Assembly (NCBI GenBank): GCA_951406725.2
Contig: OX597821.1
Location: forward strand, 104,656,001 to 104,720,000
DNA length: 64,000 nt
Source of the DNA: Octopus vulgaris
Taxonomy: Eukaryota
Direction of reading: 5' to 3'
Shown: piece after piece, positions 15,031-29,830 of the stretch
Layout: the number at the start of each line of letters is the position of its first letter
How positions within the stretch are numbered: position 1 is the first letter of the stretch
Notes under the pieces: generated by a model
The model's input: only the letters and a program-made list of their open reading frames with translations
Database searches by the model: none
Told to the model about the DNA's origin: nothing
Made by a program: the position numbers and the translations under genes

Positions 15031-15666
15031 GTGCTAAATGACGCAAACGAATAATTGTGTTAAATGACTCAAACGTTTGCGTCACTTAACTGTGTAAATG
15101 ATTTGTAGACAATCTCTGTTAGCTATTATACATAATTATATTTTCAATGTGTTACTGTTTGGGCTTTTTTATCACAAGTCATTGGGCCGAACTACACCTC
15201 TATACTTGAATGCATCGCTTATAACCTTGGCAAGGATTAATATGTTTTTACTTTATTTTTGTAGTAGTTTATCTTTTTATTCTTATTATAACTTACGTTC
15301 AACAAAGCTAGCTTAATAAGCTAACTAAATGTTTCTATTGATTGTGCGAAAAAAATCAAAACCAATTTATAATAATAACCGAAACTAATATTATGTATTT
15401 ATTTTTTTCAATAATTCAGGAAACCAAAATTTATTTTGCAGACAAGCACTCACTTATAGACAAAGCGTTTTGCATCAATGAAGTATCTGAATGTAGTAGG
15501 TGCGTATACGTGTATTTACGAATAAACTGATAACGTTAGAAAATCATTGCTTACACCGTTTTCAGGGCTATGTGAAAAATATTACGTATTGACCAATAAT
15601 GTGTCAAAAAAGATGGTTATTTGTTGTAAAAAGTTTGTATACGCCATATTTTTAATGACAAAACTG

Positions 15667-15764
15667 TATTATAAATGAGCCTGGTGGGTTTGTTGATTAT
15701 TATCAAATATAATGTACGCTTCTTCCAGGTCACGATATTAAACTTGACTGACTTGACAGAGATT

Positions 15765-15825
<61 letters not shown>

Positions 15826-15942
15826 AATATATATATATATACGAAATCTCTGTCAAGTTATTCAAGTTTAATATCGTGACCTGGAAGAAGCGTACAATAC
15901 ATTTGATAATAATCAACAAACCCACCAGGTTTATTTATAATA
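15667..15942. repeat. About 101-bp inverted repeat flanking (CA)n/(TA)n
   Basis: 15667-15767 is the reverse complement of 15842-15942 with few mismatches. Confidence 0.95.
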
Positions 15943-15966
15943 TCGTGAAATGGAAAAAGCTTACAT

Positions 15967-16025
<59 letters not shown>

Positions 16026-16451
16026 TGAAAAGATGTATAAGCGCAGGAATGGCTGTGTGATAAGTAGTTTGCTTGCATACCAACAACATGGTTCTGTGTT
16101 CAGTCCCACTGCGTGGCACCTTGGCGGAGTGTCTTCAACTATAGCTTCTGGTCGACTCATATATACAGAGGATATATGTACTGAATACATGTTTAGCCTC
16201 GGTGCAAACTCAGTAATTATATGCAGTTCACTCAACGAAAAGTGTAAAAACGTTCTGCACAACTTCATATGTGGGATAGCTATTACTTATATCTTACAAA
16301 CATATTGAATGCATGCACAAGTATACACATACAAATAAATAAATATACATATGTATATATATATATATATATATATATGGGTGTGTGTGTGTATGTATAT
16401 ATAAATGATTATAAATATACCTTATGTATTTATACACGTATATACATGCAC

Positions 16452-16495
<44 letters not shown>

Positions 16496-16599
16496 CGGAT
16501 ATTTCAAGATTTATACTTTGAAAAGCATTAATCTTCAAATTGTAGTCAAAGAAAACTTAACAGGCCTGAAGTAGAGTTAGCCAGCTCAATGTTCTTTTC

Positions 16600-16800
16600 A
16601 CTCTAGCCCCAAGGCTGAAAGATTTTGGGAGTGGGGCCAGTCGATTAGATCGATCCCAGTGTGCAAGTGGTACTTAATTTATCCATCCAGAAAGGATGAA
16701 AAGCAAAGTCGACCTCGGTGGAATGTGAACTCAGAATGTAAAGACAGACGACATACCGGTGTGCTAACGCTGCTGCCAGCTCATTATGTGCTAACATTTC
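16600..16800 (-). mobile_element. SINE family M, diverged copy
   Basis: GAAAGGATGAAAAGCAAAGTCGACCTCGGTGGAAT is the reverse complement of the family core. Confidence 0.75.
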
Positions 16801-16833
16801 TGCCAGCCTTTAGTCATCTGAATATTTGTAAAG

Positions 16834-17545
16834 GTTGGCAAATGATATTCTCTTAAAATGTACTTTCAGTTAATTTTGAGACTGAAGATGCCGATATGTT
16901 CTGTGAATACTGTAAATGCTGTAAGATATGGTATGGAGAGCAACAATTGAGCCTACGTAACCATGGCCATCGGAAAGGAACGCTAGTGGCCTTTTGACTG
17001 CTTCCGCAAACGGGAATCCATCCCCACATCTTAGGAGAAACGTCAGATGCAATCTAGACGTCTATGTAAAGCTGCTACAGTATGTTATCAATCACTGGAT
17101 GGAAGGGATTGCTGTTCGATATGAATAAATATGGTGGTGCGATTAAAATCCTCGACATATGAGGTGGTATCAAAAACTTACTGCACTAGTTCTGTAGGGT
17201 GTCAATAGATGACAGCACACAGTTTCATGCGCAGTGAGAGCTAGCAGTGAACTTGATGACTCAGTGTCAGTTGTGATCACGATTATGCCGTGGAAAGAGA
17301 GAAAGGAATGGTAATTATGACGGTGAGGGTGATGTGCGTGGCGAGGCTAGACTTGTTTTGATATTTGAGTATGCAGCTATCTGAATTTGTAGTATAACTC
17401 ATAGGTTTGACCTGAGTCACAGCAGGCGCCTCTTCAATGGATTCAGATTTTGTACGGTCAGCAAGTACAGGTATTCTGTTGTTGGACTTCATAATCTGAG
17501 TTGGCAAATGATATTCTCTTAAAATGTACTTTCAGTTAATTTTGA
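16834..17545. repeat. Perfect 46-bp direct repeats flanking a 620-bp insert
   Basis: GTTGGCAAATGATATTCTCTTAAAATGTACTTTCAGTTAATTTTGA at 16834-16879 and 17500-17545. Confidence 0.95.
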
Positions 17546-18628
17546 TTGTACAATAGTGTATCATAGAGCATAATAGTTATTTTGTTCAGTTGTTTTTCAT
17601 GTTCTTCTCTTGTTCCACTATGTGCCTAAGGCGGTTAGTGCTTTTCTATTTCAATATGTTTTTTTTTCGAATTCTAGGAATGATGCCTTGCTTTTATGCT
17701 TACAATAATTACTTCCGGGTATCTATTAATTAATTGTTTTCTGTGGACATGATGATCTGCAGAGTTGCCTCTAGGCAGTAGGACATCATGGGTGTGCAAT
17801 TTATGCCGAGAGGAAACCGTGGAATCAATCGGATCGAGAGGAAACACGATTAATAGACACTCCAAAGTATATAAAAACTGTTATGCTTATTTAACATGTA
17901 AGAGCTAAACATATCACGTTCAAGAATAAGTATCGTAGTTGAATTTCTCGGGAAATAATTTGCTGGAATGAAGTGTATTTGTTGCTTAAGTTTCAATGAC
18001 TACACGATTCCATTACATTTCTTCGCTTCTGGTCACACACCACAACAATTCACAGATATAGATGGAATCGACAGATAAACACACGTATCTAGGTATACAG
18101 CCATCGGTCTTTTGCACGTATCGACACAATCTCGCACACACACCTCCAACACGCATGCTATCGTACTTATATGTACTCACACATACATACTTGCATAGAA
18201 ATAAGTAGACCCTTAGATTTATAGTGCTGGAAACTGACGCCTCGTGATCAGGAATTCGCGCCCAAGGCAATGCAAGGAATATATATATATACAGAAATAT
18301 AAAGAGGTCGATTAGAAGAATTATATTACTAATTTATGACCTGTAAATTTGTTGAAGTAGACATCGATATATTCCAACAAAAGTTCAAGTAATACATACG
18401 TCTGACTATGTGATACTTGGTACATATATATGTATCTGTGTGTGTACCTCTCTCTTCATGTATACATCTTTGTATGAGAACATGCACGTTTATATATACA
18501 TATGTGTGTAAGTATATGAATATATATATACTAATATCTGTATGTATCTATATAAACACACACATATAACGGTATGTAGGAGCGTGTATGTGTATGCATA
18601 TATATATATACATACATATATGTGTGTG

Positions 18629-18665
<37 letters not shown>

Positions 18666-19873
18666 ATATATATATGTGTTTATATACATATGTATATATA
18701 TATATATATACATATATATCTGTTTAAGATTTCTAGATCATGTGATTTAAACGAGGTAAAATCTCCCCGAACCGTTACTATATTTGGACATACTTTTAAG
18801 GAATTAAGAGTGAAGTTGCTATAATTTTTGTTATCGAGATTATTTCATTAGTTGAATCTAGATGAATAATTGTGTACTATTCCAAAGGCTGTCGTCGCAT
18901 AAGCACCGTGGTTTAATGGTAATGGACTCTTTCTTGTGCGTCTTTCGTTTTCTTTCCTAATGAGGAATACATAACTACAAACGAATGACTGGAAACTTGC
19001 GTGTGGATTTAAGTATGTCTGATTAAGTATGGTGTCTTCTACTGTCTCATCAAGTACAGAAAACTATCCAAAGCCATTGGTTACTATAATCTGAAATAAT
19101 AAATTCCCTTTTTCTGAGATCTAATCGAGTATATCTAAGTAAGAAGAATTTGAAAAATTCATCAAAATATCTGCTATTCATTCAGTTTGCCTAAAACCGT
19201 TCCTTGTAAATGACGTTCTTAAATGTGTGTGATTTTAAGATTAGATATTCTTGCATATGGTTGTGTACTTGGAATCAAATGAAATTTCATGTCTTTGAAA
19301 ATAGAACGTGCCGTAAATATGCTGAATTTTGATGAAAGGATTTCCATGTTTATTTATCCTTTGTAATCTTTCATTAATCTTTTCCATGTTCCATGTCGGT
19401 ACACACACACAAACACACAGACATACACACATATATATATACAAACAAGTATATCGATCAAAGCCTTCTAATTGAATATCGTAGACGGAAACAGAAATAG
19501 CCTGAAACCAGGACTGGTTTGATGGTCCTGTCGCTAGAAAGTGATAGAATTTCGCTTCCCTGCTTGCAATTTATCTGATGCAGCCGTGCATCGTTAACCA
19601 GCTAGAAGAGATGTCTCGTTGGTGCTAAAACATTGCAGTAGAGCTGTAAAACGGACACCCATGCTAAGGTGGCTACGAATGTTGCTTAGGCTTTCACTTC
19701 ATACACGCCAGCTCAATTTCAGTCGTTCTCAGCCGAAAGACGCCTGTTGTTATTTATTGTTGTATTCGCAGTTGTGTACCACGTTTCTTTTGTTTTTGTT
19801 TGCTTCCTTTTTTATCTTTGTACCCGTACACATTCCCTAGCTTTCTTACAAAGGGGTGTAAAGCTTTTAGCTT

Positions 19874-20024
19874 AGACTTTTTTAGGGACAACCAAATCGA
19901 ACCATCCCAAGAGTAACTGTCCGAAATTGTCTGTCCTTCTAATTGTTGTTTCTCGTGTCCGCCTTTGTATCGTCTATTTGTCCGAACGTTTTAATGACCT
20001 CTATTCCGTTTTTGTTCCATTTAG

Positions 20025-20025
<1 letters not shown>
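19874..20025 (+). mobile_element. Possible decayed HHR/pseudo-LTR remnant ending in (TA)n
   Basis: GGACA...TGTCC-GAAA-TT-GTC stem II and cleavage half are present; the CUGAUGA core is not retained. Confidence 0.35.
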
Positions 20026-20092
<67 letters not shown>

Positions 20093-20211
20093 CATATGTA
20101 TATATATATATATATCATATAAATATGCGTGTATATATATATATATGCATCTGTATATATATATGTATATATTTCTCTGTCTCTGTCTCTCTCTCTCTAT
20201 ATATATTTATA

Positions 20212-20280
<69 letters not shown>

Positions 20281-20429
20281 TGCGTATGTATATATATATC
20301 AACATATATATGTATATATTCTTTTATTCATTTATTTGTTTGTCAGTTGACTGCAACCATGCCCGAGCACCATTCAATGCGCAAGCCCGCCTTAGGTGAC
20401 TGGCTCATGATGGCCACTAGTAAAAGCTA

Positions 20430-23230
20430 CTCCGGTATCACACCCAGTTTTATACTGAATAGTGGAGATCTGCCCAAACTGACCAACAGAGGTACAATTC
20501 TCTATCTAAAAGAGCTTGCTTCTTGCAATCATATGTATGGCGCTCACTGACACGCATCTAAACCCTAATGTAACACATACTAGGTTATGCTGTATTTCGT
20601 ACAGACAGGAGAGGAAGGAGCCACGTCGGTGTTGCAATATACATCCGTGAAGATGTCTTGCGTTACTGTCACATTCACACTCACTTTGCGACTCCTTGAT
20701 ATAATAAATATAAAGCAAGTTGATGTAGCTCTATGCACATCGACTGGCGAATACCACAAAATATGATGGCAAGTATGAGGATAGCCTGAAACACATTGAA
20801 AAAGCATTAAGAAACCTAGATCAGGATACCAACATACTCTTTCTGGGTGACTTCAACCTCGCACATGTTAAGTGGCCAGAAGGCTACATCCTCTGGGATG
20901 TCACTGCATGAACAAAAGCATTTAGAGGCATTGCTTGAACGTACTTACATGCTGCCACGTGGAGCAAGTGATACTCAGGCCAACCAGGGGAAAAAACATT
21001 TTGGACCTCTGCTTCAAAAGTTATGTGGTCTGTATCAATAATGTAAAGGTTGTACCAACAGCACTCACAGATCGCAACATTATATTAACTAACTATATAT
21101 GCTCCTGGGCAAGCTATTAGTATCTACCCTGACAGGTAGTTTGAAGTCTTATCCAACCTGAAATTTTATAAAGCAAAATGTGAAACAACCAGCAAGGGAA
21201 TCCGCAAACGAAACTGTTCCAATATTCTATGTATGCAAGACATTGACTTGAAACTCAGCCATTTTACGTCAACAGTGCAAGCTATATGCAGAAAGAAAGG
21301 CCAAATCACTGACAAACAAGATTCTTAAGGACAGACTCGTGTCAAACGTCTCAAAGCGGCTGAATAGGCAACTGAAGGATATGGCTATCTTAATACGGAC
21401 ACTGCTAGGAATGAAAAAGAAGATCAAACCCTCTCACGAAAGGGAAAAAGCAGAGAGAGAAAGAGAGAAAGAGAGGAGAGGAGAGAAAGAAAGAGGAGAG
21501 GAGAGAGAGAGAGAGAGGGAGACAGAGAGACAGGGAAATCTGTGGAAAGCGTAAAAGCAAATCCGAAATCTTTCTATTGATTCGCAAATGAAATAGCCTC
21601 AGTGCAATATATTGTTTCAAGGGAATGACTCAGTGACACTGGACCCAGAAAAGATGAGTGATATACACAGTGAACAAGTTAAATTTGTCTTCACTTCCCC
21701 TTTGGTCATATGCGGATAAAACATCCGGTTGAATTCTTTAATATTGGAGCTCTAAAAAAGGAAGCGCCAGCCATCTATTACATTAACATTGAGGAGACAC
21801 AACTAACAACGGCCATAGGTAAATAATCTCATGGTCCGCAACTGGTCCTGATGGCTTCCCAGATATTCTCCTGAAGTCGTGTAATCAGGCTTTAGCGAAA
21901 CCATCGTAGATATTTTTCTAAACTTTTCTTGGAAATGGTAAACATCCTAAGCAGCTGAAATAAGGCAGTATATGCTTTATCCACGAAGGTGGAAGAAGAG
22001 CAGAGTCCGAAAATGCAGACCAAACTCTCTGACTTCACATATCAATAAAGGCATGGAATGACTCATCAGAAAGATGTTGGTAATGTTCCTAGAAGAAAAT
22101 GACTTACTTATCTATATACAGTATGACTACAAGACCTTGGCATTGCTGGTAAATTGGAGACTGGCTGCATGACTTCCTTAAAAACAGAAGTCAGATAGTT
22201 GTAGCCAATGGTGTCTTTTCTGAGGCAACTAAAATCCTAAGTGGCTTACCGCAGAGAAGTGTTCTGGGCCCATTATTGTTCATAATAGTCATCTTAGACA
22301 TGGCCACGGTCACTCGCACTCCCATTACCGCTAGTTATGCTGATGATACAAAATTAACACAGGTAATATAAAAAAACACAAGATGAGGTCGCAAGCTTAC
22401 AGTGGGACATGAATTCGATACACAAGTAGGCTGAAATAAACAACATGCAAATAAATGCTGGAACATTTTAAGAACAGCGCTATCGACACACGAATGCACT
22501 ACACCTTCTAAACATAGGACCCGAAGACACTAAATCCCAGAGTGAAAGCAGAAAAAGACTTGCCGATTAGTATGTGCAATGATGCATTATTTTATATGTA
22601 CATTACTATGACGCCAGCAAAGTGGAGTCAAAGTGGAATCTGATATTCTTCAAGACAAGAGACTGAGAAACTATATACAACCTGTGGAGGATCTTTGTTC
22701 TCAGCCCCCTATACTACTGATCCTAGTTATAGACATCACATAGTGCCAAACTAACTACGGATCTCGAAGCAGTCCAACGCCCGTACACTAAAAAGATTGG
22801 AACAGAGACAGGCTGGGAAAACTGAAATTTTACTCATTGGAGCGAAGACGTAGGAATCATGCAATAATCTACATTCGGAAAATTCTAAAAAGGGTCAGTA
22901 CCTAATTTCGGCTTTGAGTGTTATACATATGCTAGAACTGGCCTCCATTGTATTGTACCAAAGGTACCATCCACTCCATCTAAATTCAGGATCCGGTATT
23001 GTAAAAGTTTAGGTTTCAATGCCCTGCGACATGAATTAAGAAATCTGCATACAATGGAAATGAATGTCTTCAAAAAGGAACTAGAGATCTCCCGCTCCTC
23101 AATACCGGATAAACCAACAGACCGATATGTGGTGCAGATGAGGGCAACGGAATCAATCTCCCTTATACACGAAATGGGACAATAGCCTCGAGAACTGCAC
23201 GTTAAGGCATGGTGAGGTGAAACATCCCAG
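20430..23230 (+). pseudogene. Heavily decayed CR1-group LINE (APE endonuclease + RT)
   Basis: Fragments FRTDRRGRSHVGVAIYIRE, LGDFNL..VKWP, RPTRGKNILDLCF, GPDGFP, SGLPQRSVLGPLLF, SYADDTK, YSLERRR, with many stops and frameshifts. Confidence 0.85.
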
Positions 23231-23344
23231 AATGAGGAAATTAGAAAGACCACGGTGGTGCTCCAGCAAGACCGCAGTCGCAGGGCTGAAACGAGTAAAA
23301 GAATAAAGGAATAAAAGAATCTACCCCGACACACATACATATAC

Positions 23345-24649
<1,305 letters not shown>

Positions 24650-25309
24650 CCCCCCTCTCACCCCTCCTCACCTACCTTTACTCCCTCCCGACCCCTACTT
24701 CTTCAGTCCTTCATCCTTTCACCCCTACTCCCCTTCCCTTCTTCCCTCTTTCTCCCTCCCTCCTTCCCTCTGCTCCCTCAGTCCCCTTCTCTCTCCCCCT
24801 CTCCCTCTTTCTTCCTTCCTCCTCCCATCCTCCTCCCCTTCCTTCTCCCCCCATCTCTCTCCCTCTCCCCCCTCATCTCCCCTCCCCTCCCCTCTTCTTC
24901 TCTTCCCCCTTCTCCCCCTTCTCCCCCTTCTCCCCCTCTTCTCCTCTCTCCACACTACACCACACGACTTTACACATCACATCATATATGATGTGCCATA
25001 CTAATACATACACCAACTAATACATACTAATACGTACTAATACATACTAATACATACACCAACCCTATACATACACACGTCCAGACCTCTCATACGCACT
25101 AATACTCTCTCATACACACACACACACCCTCATGTCGGAGCTGGTCATTCAACTCTATTATCAACCCTATTATCTTCCCTTATTTCGCTCTCGCGTCTCA
25201 TGTTTGATCTTCGACCTCTGGCCGAAATCAGATCGCCATGTTGATTCGTTAGTTACTGCACGCATTTTTTTTCTTTCCTTCTTTCTGTGTTTTTTTTTCT
25301 CTCTGTGTA

Positions 25310-25347
25310 TCTTTCTGTTGAAGAGCGTAGGCTCGAAACGTTAAAGA
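25310..25347 (+). ncRNA. Minimal type I hammerhead motif in the Penelope 3' UTR
   Basis: TCTTT-CTGTTGA-A-GAGC gtag GCTC-GAAAC-GTT-AAAGA. All stems pair; the core has A6>U. Confidence 0.75.
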
Positions 25348-25444
25348 CTTGTTTTATTTATATTTCCTGAGCGCCATACTAATACAATTGTTTGTTTGTT
25401 TCCCACCTGCCTTCGTCTTTTGTCTATTTTCATAAAGCTTCCCG

Positions 25445-25504
<60 letters not shown>

Positions 25505-25508
<4 letters not shown>

Positions 25509-26119
25509 AATACAATTAAGGGCTCCTAGATTAGGAGCCCTTAATTGTATTACTACATGAATAATATTTTTCTTTATGATTAATATTGTGTCTTATGACT
25601 AATTCGTCTTTTGTGCTGGGCACCTGGTAGTAACTAATTATTACTACCCTTCTTGTTTATATTCGCATATTACTTGATGGATTTATTCGTAAAATTCTTC
25701 CCGGCATGCCCTATACTGCCGTGTAAGTTTTGCGTCTGCGCAGAGATTTGAAAAGTTAAGGTCTGCTAGTAGTCGAGTTCAACACATGGTCTCACATCGC
25801 TGCAGACCTCGATTCAATTTAAGCCACTCGTTGATGAAGCCAGCCTTAGCAAACATATTCTGTGTTTTGCTAGAAAGAGGCAGAAACTGATCAGTCCGAG
25901 GTGTAAAGTTATCGGTAAACGTTTTTGATTTTCACTCTCGATAAATTCATCTCCCTTTTGTGTTCCCAGTACTCGGCATCCTAATTTAGGAGCCCTTAAT
26001 TGTATTACTACATGAATAATATTTTTCTTTATGATTAATATTTTGTCTTATGACTAATTCGTCTTTTGTGCTGGGCACCTGGTAGTAACTAATTATTACT
26101 ACCCTTCTTGTTTATATTC

Positions 26120-26120
<1 letters not shown>
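25505..26120 (+). mobile_element. Non-coding retrozyme-like element: 455-nt unit, 135-bp direct repeat, 24-bp 5' inversion, HHR
   Basis: 25531-25665 matches 25986-26120 (1 mismatch seen). 25505-25528 is inverted to 25532-25555. Flanked by (TA)n. Confidence 0.85.
25825..25903 (+). ncRNA. Type I hammerhead ribozyme motif with extended stem II
   Basis: CTCG-TTGATGA-A-GCC..(TAGCAAACA/TGTTTTGCTA)..GGC-A-GAAAC-TGATCA-GTC-CGAG; predicted GUC cleavage at 25896. Confidence 0.8.
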
Positions 26121-26185
<65 letters not shown>

Positions 26186-26273
26186 GTATGGTCGTGCTAT
26201 TAAGTTAGACATGGCCTGGACCAATCTTTGGTCGAAACATATCTAAGTTTATCTAAGTTTATATATATATATA

Positions 26274-26508
26274 TCACGTGATCACGTGATTGTATCAGAT
26301 GTTGCTACACATCGTTGGTGATTAAAAAGAGTGAGAGAAAGAGTGGTGAAAGAGTACAGCGGGGATCACCCCTCCCCCTGCCGGAGCCCCGTGAAGCCTT
26401 TGAGATGTTTTCGCTCAATAAACACGTACAGCGCCCGGTCTGGGAATCGAAACCGCGATCCTGCGATCTCGAGTGCGCTGCCCTAACCACTGGACCATTG
26501 CGACTCCA
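26274..26508 (-). mobile_element. SINE family C with internal deletion, in (TA)n
   Basis: Homologous to 8971-9266; tail ATCACGTGATCACGTGAT. Confidence 0.85.
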
Positions 26509-26534
26509 TATATATACGTATGTTTGTGTGTGTA

Positions 26535-26575
<41 letters not shown>

Positions 26576-27227
26576 ACTGTGTTAATATACATGTATGTGT
26601 ATGTGTGTGCGTGTTTGTTTGTTTTTTTATCTGAGTGTGAGTTACAGTCCCGCTGTCTACTTTATATTTTCGACAGGAATTGTCGATATTGTTATGTATC
26701 TACGTTTTGCTGTCCCAGTTAATTCTGTTAAAAAAAAAGCGAATCCTTTCACGTTGCATGTAGTCTGCGTGGGCAAGTAATTTTCAATGAAGTTGCACTT
26801 CAATTCCAAAGATTCTTATGGAAATTGGTGCCTAGAAAACCTAGATGAATGATATGCTTATACAGTTAAATCCTGTAGTAGTGGTTTTGATCAGAATATA
26901 AGCTACGAAAAATATCTGATATGTATTTATGCTGAATACTCAAAGGACATTGATTATGATATAGGTAGAGAAAATAAAAGAGCGACAATGATGAAAACAG
27001 AGAGAGAATTGAAAAGATAAAACACACGTGTTGGATGAGAAGAAACATGAAAATTCATTGAAGTGATATTGCAGTTTGAAGTATAAATGTGGCAAAATTT
27101 AAGTATCATTTATCGTTTCCTTGCATCAAATCTTTCGACTCGACCACGCTGGAGCAGCATCTTCAAGAATTTTCGGTTACATGAATCTGCTTAGTTTTAT
27201 TAACGCCTGGTATTTATTCTACCAAGA

Positions 27228-27458
27228 GGCGGAGAGCTGGCAGAAACGTTAGCACGCTGGGCGAAATGCGTAGCCGTATTTCGTCTGTCGTTACGTTATG
27301 AGTTCAAATTCCGCCGAGGTCGACTTTGCCTTTCATCCTTTCGGGGTCGATAAATCAAGTACCAGTTACGCACTGGGATCGATGTAATCGACTTAATACC
27401 TATGTCTGTCCTTGTTTGTCCCCTCTATATTTAGCCCCTTGTGGGTGATAGCGAAATA
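27228..27458 (+). mobile_element. SINE family M, full length, 13-bp TSD
   Basis: GGCGGAGAGCTGGCAGAAACG...GAGTTCAAATTCC; GGTATTTATTCTA at 27209-27221 and 27459-27471. Confidence 0.9.
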
Positions 27459-27689
27459 GGTATTTATTCTATCAGTTCTTCTCGAAGCGGAGGAGTGGGA
27501 CAGAAAGTCAAGCAAACACAAAGATCTTCATTCCTTATATTTATGTAATTATATAATTTGATGACTGATACACACACACACACACGCACATATATATATA
27601 TGTGTGTGTGTGTGTGTATAGATATACATATGTGTGTGTACATATGGATATATATTTTTGTGTGTGTATATATATATACATATATATTC

Positions 27690-27836
27690 GACTGGCTTCT
27701 ACTGCACATCAAATCCACACATGAGGTTTTAGTTTACCTGAGGCTATAGTAGATGGCACTAGCTAAAATTGCATGTAGTGGGATTGAACCCGAAACCTTG
27801 TCCTTGAGAAGCATGCCTCTTACCACACAGCCACGC
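27690..27836 (-). mobile_element. SINE family A 5' arm, diverged
   Basis: TTACCACACAGCCACGC is the reverse complement of the family A head. Confidence 0.7.
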
Positions 27837-28199
27837 TAAGGGCTACCTATTGTACGTACAATTATATTTAAAATCCTCGTGTTAACTCGAATGTTGCAAT
27901 ATTCTCGCTAGTAAACATTTCTCGTGTTTACGGATGACATCATCAGATCTTAATATGCGTGAGATTCCTCCGAAAAGCTTCAGTATCTTATGGAACCGAA
28001 CCCGCTATCTACATTACCTTTGTAATCGCCAATTTTATATTGAAACAGTAACTCATTAATGTGTTGATATACGTAAAGCTTCGTGAAGATGAATTCAATT
28101 AAGCAGATGATGAGTTAAGCAGCGATGATTAAGAAATGGGTGTATATAATAATATGTAACTCGTTCATGTACACACGAATGTTGAAACAGATTCGCCAT

Positions 28200-28930
28200 T
28201 TCAGCCCGAATTTTTTTCAGATAACTACGTCTTGGTGCAATGCTGGTTGAGAGTGGCCACCCTACTGGTTATCTAGTGTCCAACGATAGCAACGCTGTTT
28301 GATGGAACGGGCGTGCATCTCCAGGTGCCGAGCCGCAAGACCAATGAATTTTTCGCTCCCGTTAGTATTCTTTTAGCGTCTCACCGACTAAGTCGATATC
28401 CTTGTGGCTCGACACTATGACGGTGACAACGTCCGTGTATGGAGGAACGCTCCTCCAGCAAACCAGTTCTCGCAAGATGTTTCTTAGCGATGCAAGCATC
28501 TGTAGTGGTGGCTCTAGGGACAATACATACAAAAGCGACGAGAGGGGGCATCCTTGGCGGACCGAACACGTAATGTTAAATAGGTGACTACGTGAACTAC
28601 CGTGCAGATGCTGCTGTATAAAGCAGCGATGCAACCGCGGAAGACGGGACTGAAACCGGCCACCCTAAGGAGAGCCACCAAGTAACGATGTTCGACTCTA
28701 TCGAAAGCTTTCGATTGATCCAAATTAATCAGCGCTCCTCTTATGCCAGGTTCCTAAACAACCTCTCGGCTAGCACTTTGGTCAAAATATTCAAATCTGC
28801 GTTGAACCGAGTAATGGGCCGGAAATTATCTATAACGTCCACTTTGTTGAGGTCTTTCTTTAGCATTGTCACCGGCCCTCGACTCACAAAACTAGGGATA
28901 TTACCGTTTTGCTGAAAAAAATTCAATATA
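28200..28930 (-). pseudogene. Decayed L1/Tx1-clade RT fragment
   Basis: NFRPITRFNADLNILTKVLAERL, DQSKAFDRVEH, SVRQGCPLSSLLYVLSLEP, YTDVVTV across three frames. Confidence 0.88.
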
Positions 28931-29051
28931 AATACACATGAATGAAAACGAGTAATTGTTTAGACTTACGCAGACGTAAACGATGACAGCCAATCAGTTA
29001 GACAGACAGACAGTTATATATATATAAATATATATATAGATAGATAGATGA

Positions 29052-29130
<79 letters not shown>

Positions 29131-29414
29131 CAATAATGACGGAGAAATAGATATGAAGGAGAAATCTGCGACACAGAAATGTTTGTCTAAATCTCTTGGG
29201 AGAAAAATAAGAGACAATTATGAAGAACACATATATTAATGAAATTAACAACGCGTGAGTTTGCAGCAGAAAATTTGCTAAAGAAGATGGAGATATATAA
29301 TTTAAGAGCTTAAGAAATTGTTTGATGATGTACTTTTCAGAAAAGTATAGAATAATATTTGCTACGTACCTACATCAATCAAGATTAAAATAATTTTCAC
29401 CGTATACACTGATA

Positions 29415-29830
29415 TCTTGAGTATTGAAGCGAAGAGGAAGTTGCACTGGTTACATTGGACTAGACACCTTATTAGAATGAAGGATATGAGGATGCCAAAA
29501 CCGATGCTATATGGGAAACGTCTTAGTAGAAACAGACCCCGGCAGAAACCAAGGCTGTCATTTAAGGTCTGTGTTAAGTCCTCATTAAAGGCCTGTGATA
29601 TGCAGGTGATCCACTGGGAGAGCAGTACCTGTCATCACCACAGATGGAAGAAGCAGGTTAAGGAGGGGGTTCGACACCTTTCAAAAAGCCCCTATTCTTC
29701 ATGAAGAATTTAAGCACGCTGATCGAAAGAACACTGCTATCGTAGTGAATGGGGAAAGCTTGGTTTGTAATGTTCGCAGTCGTGTATGCTTGTCAAGAGC
29801 AGGGGTCTTTAACTACCAATGGAGCCGCAA
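29415..29830 (+). pseudogene. Old RTE-clade LINE C-terminal fragment
   Basis: LHWTRHLIRMKDMRMPKPMLYG..RPRQKPRLSFK..VKSSLK..WE..RWKKQVKEG and a degenerate C-terminal Zn motif (LVCNV.SRVCLSRAG). Confidence 0.8.
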
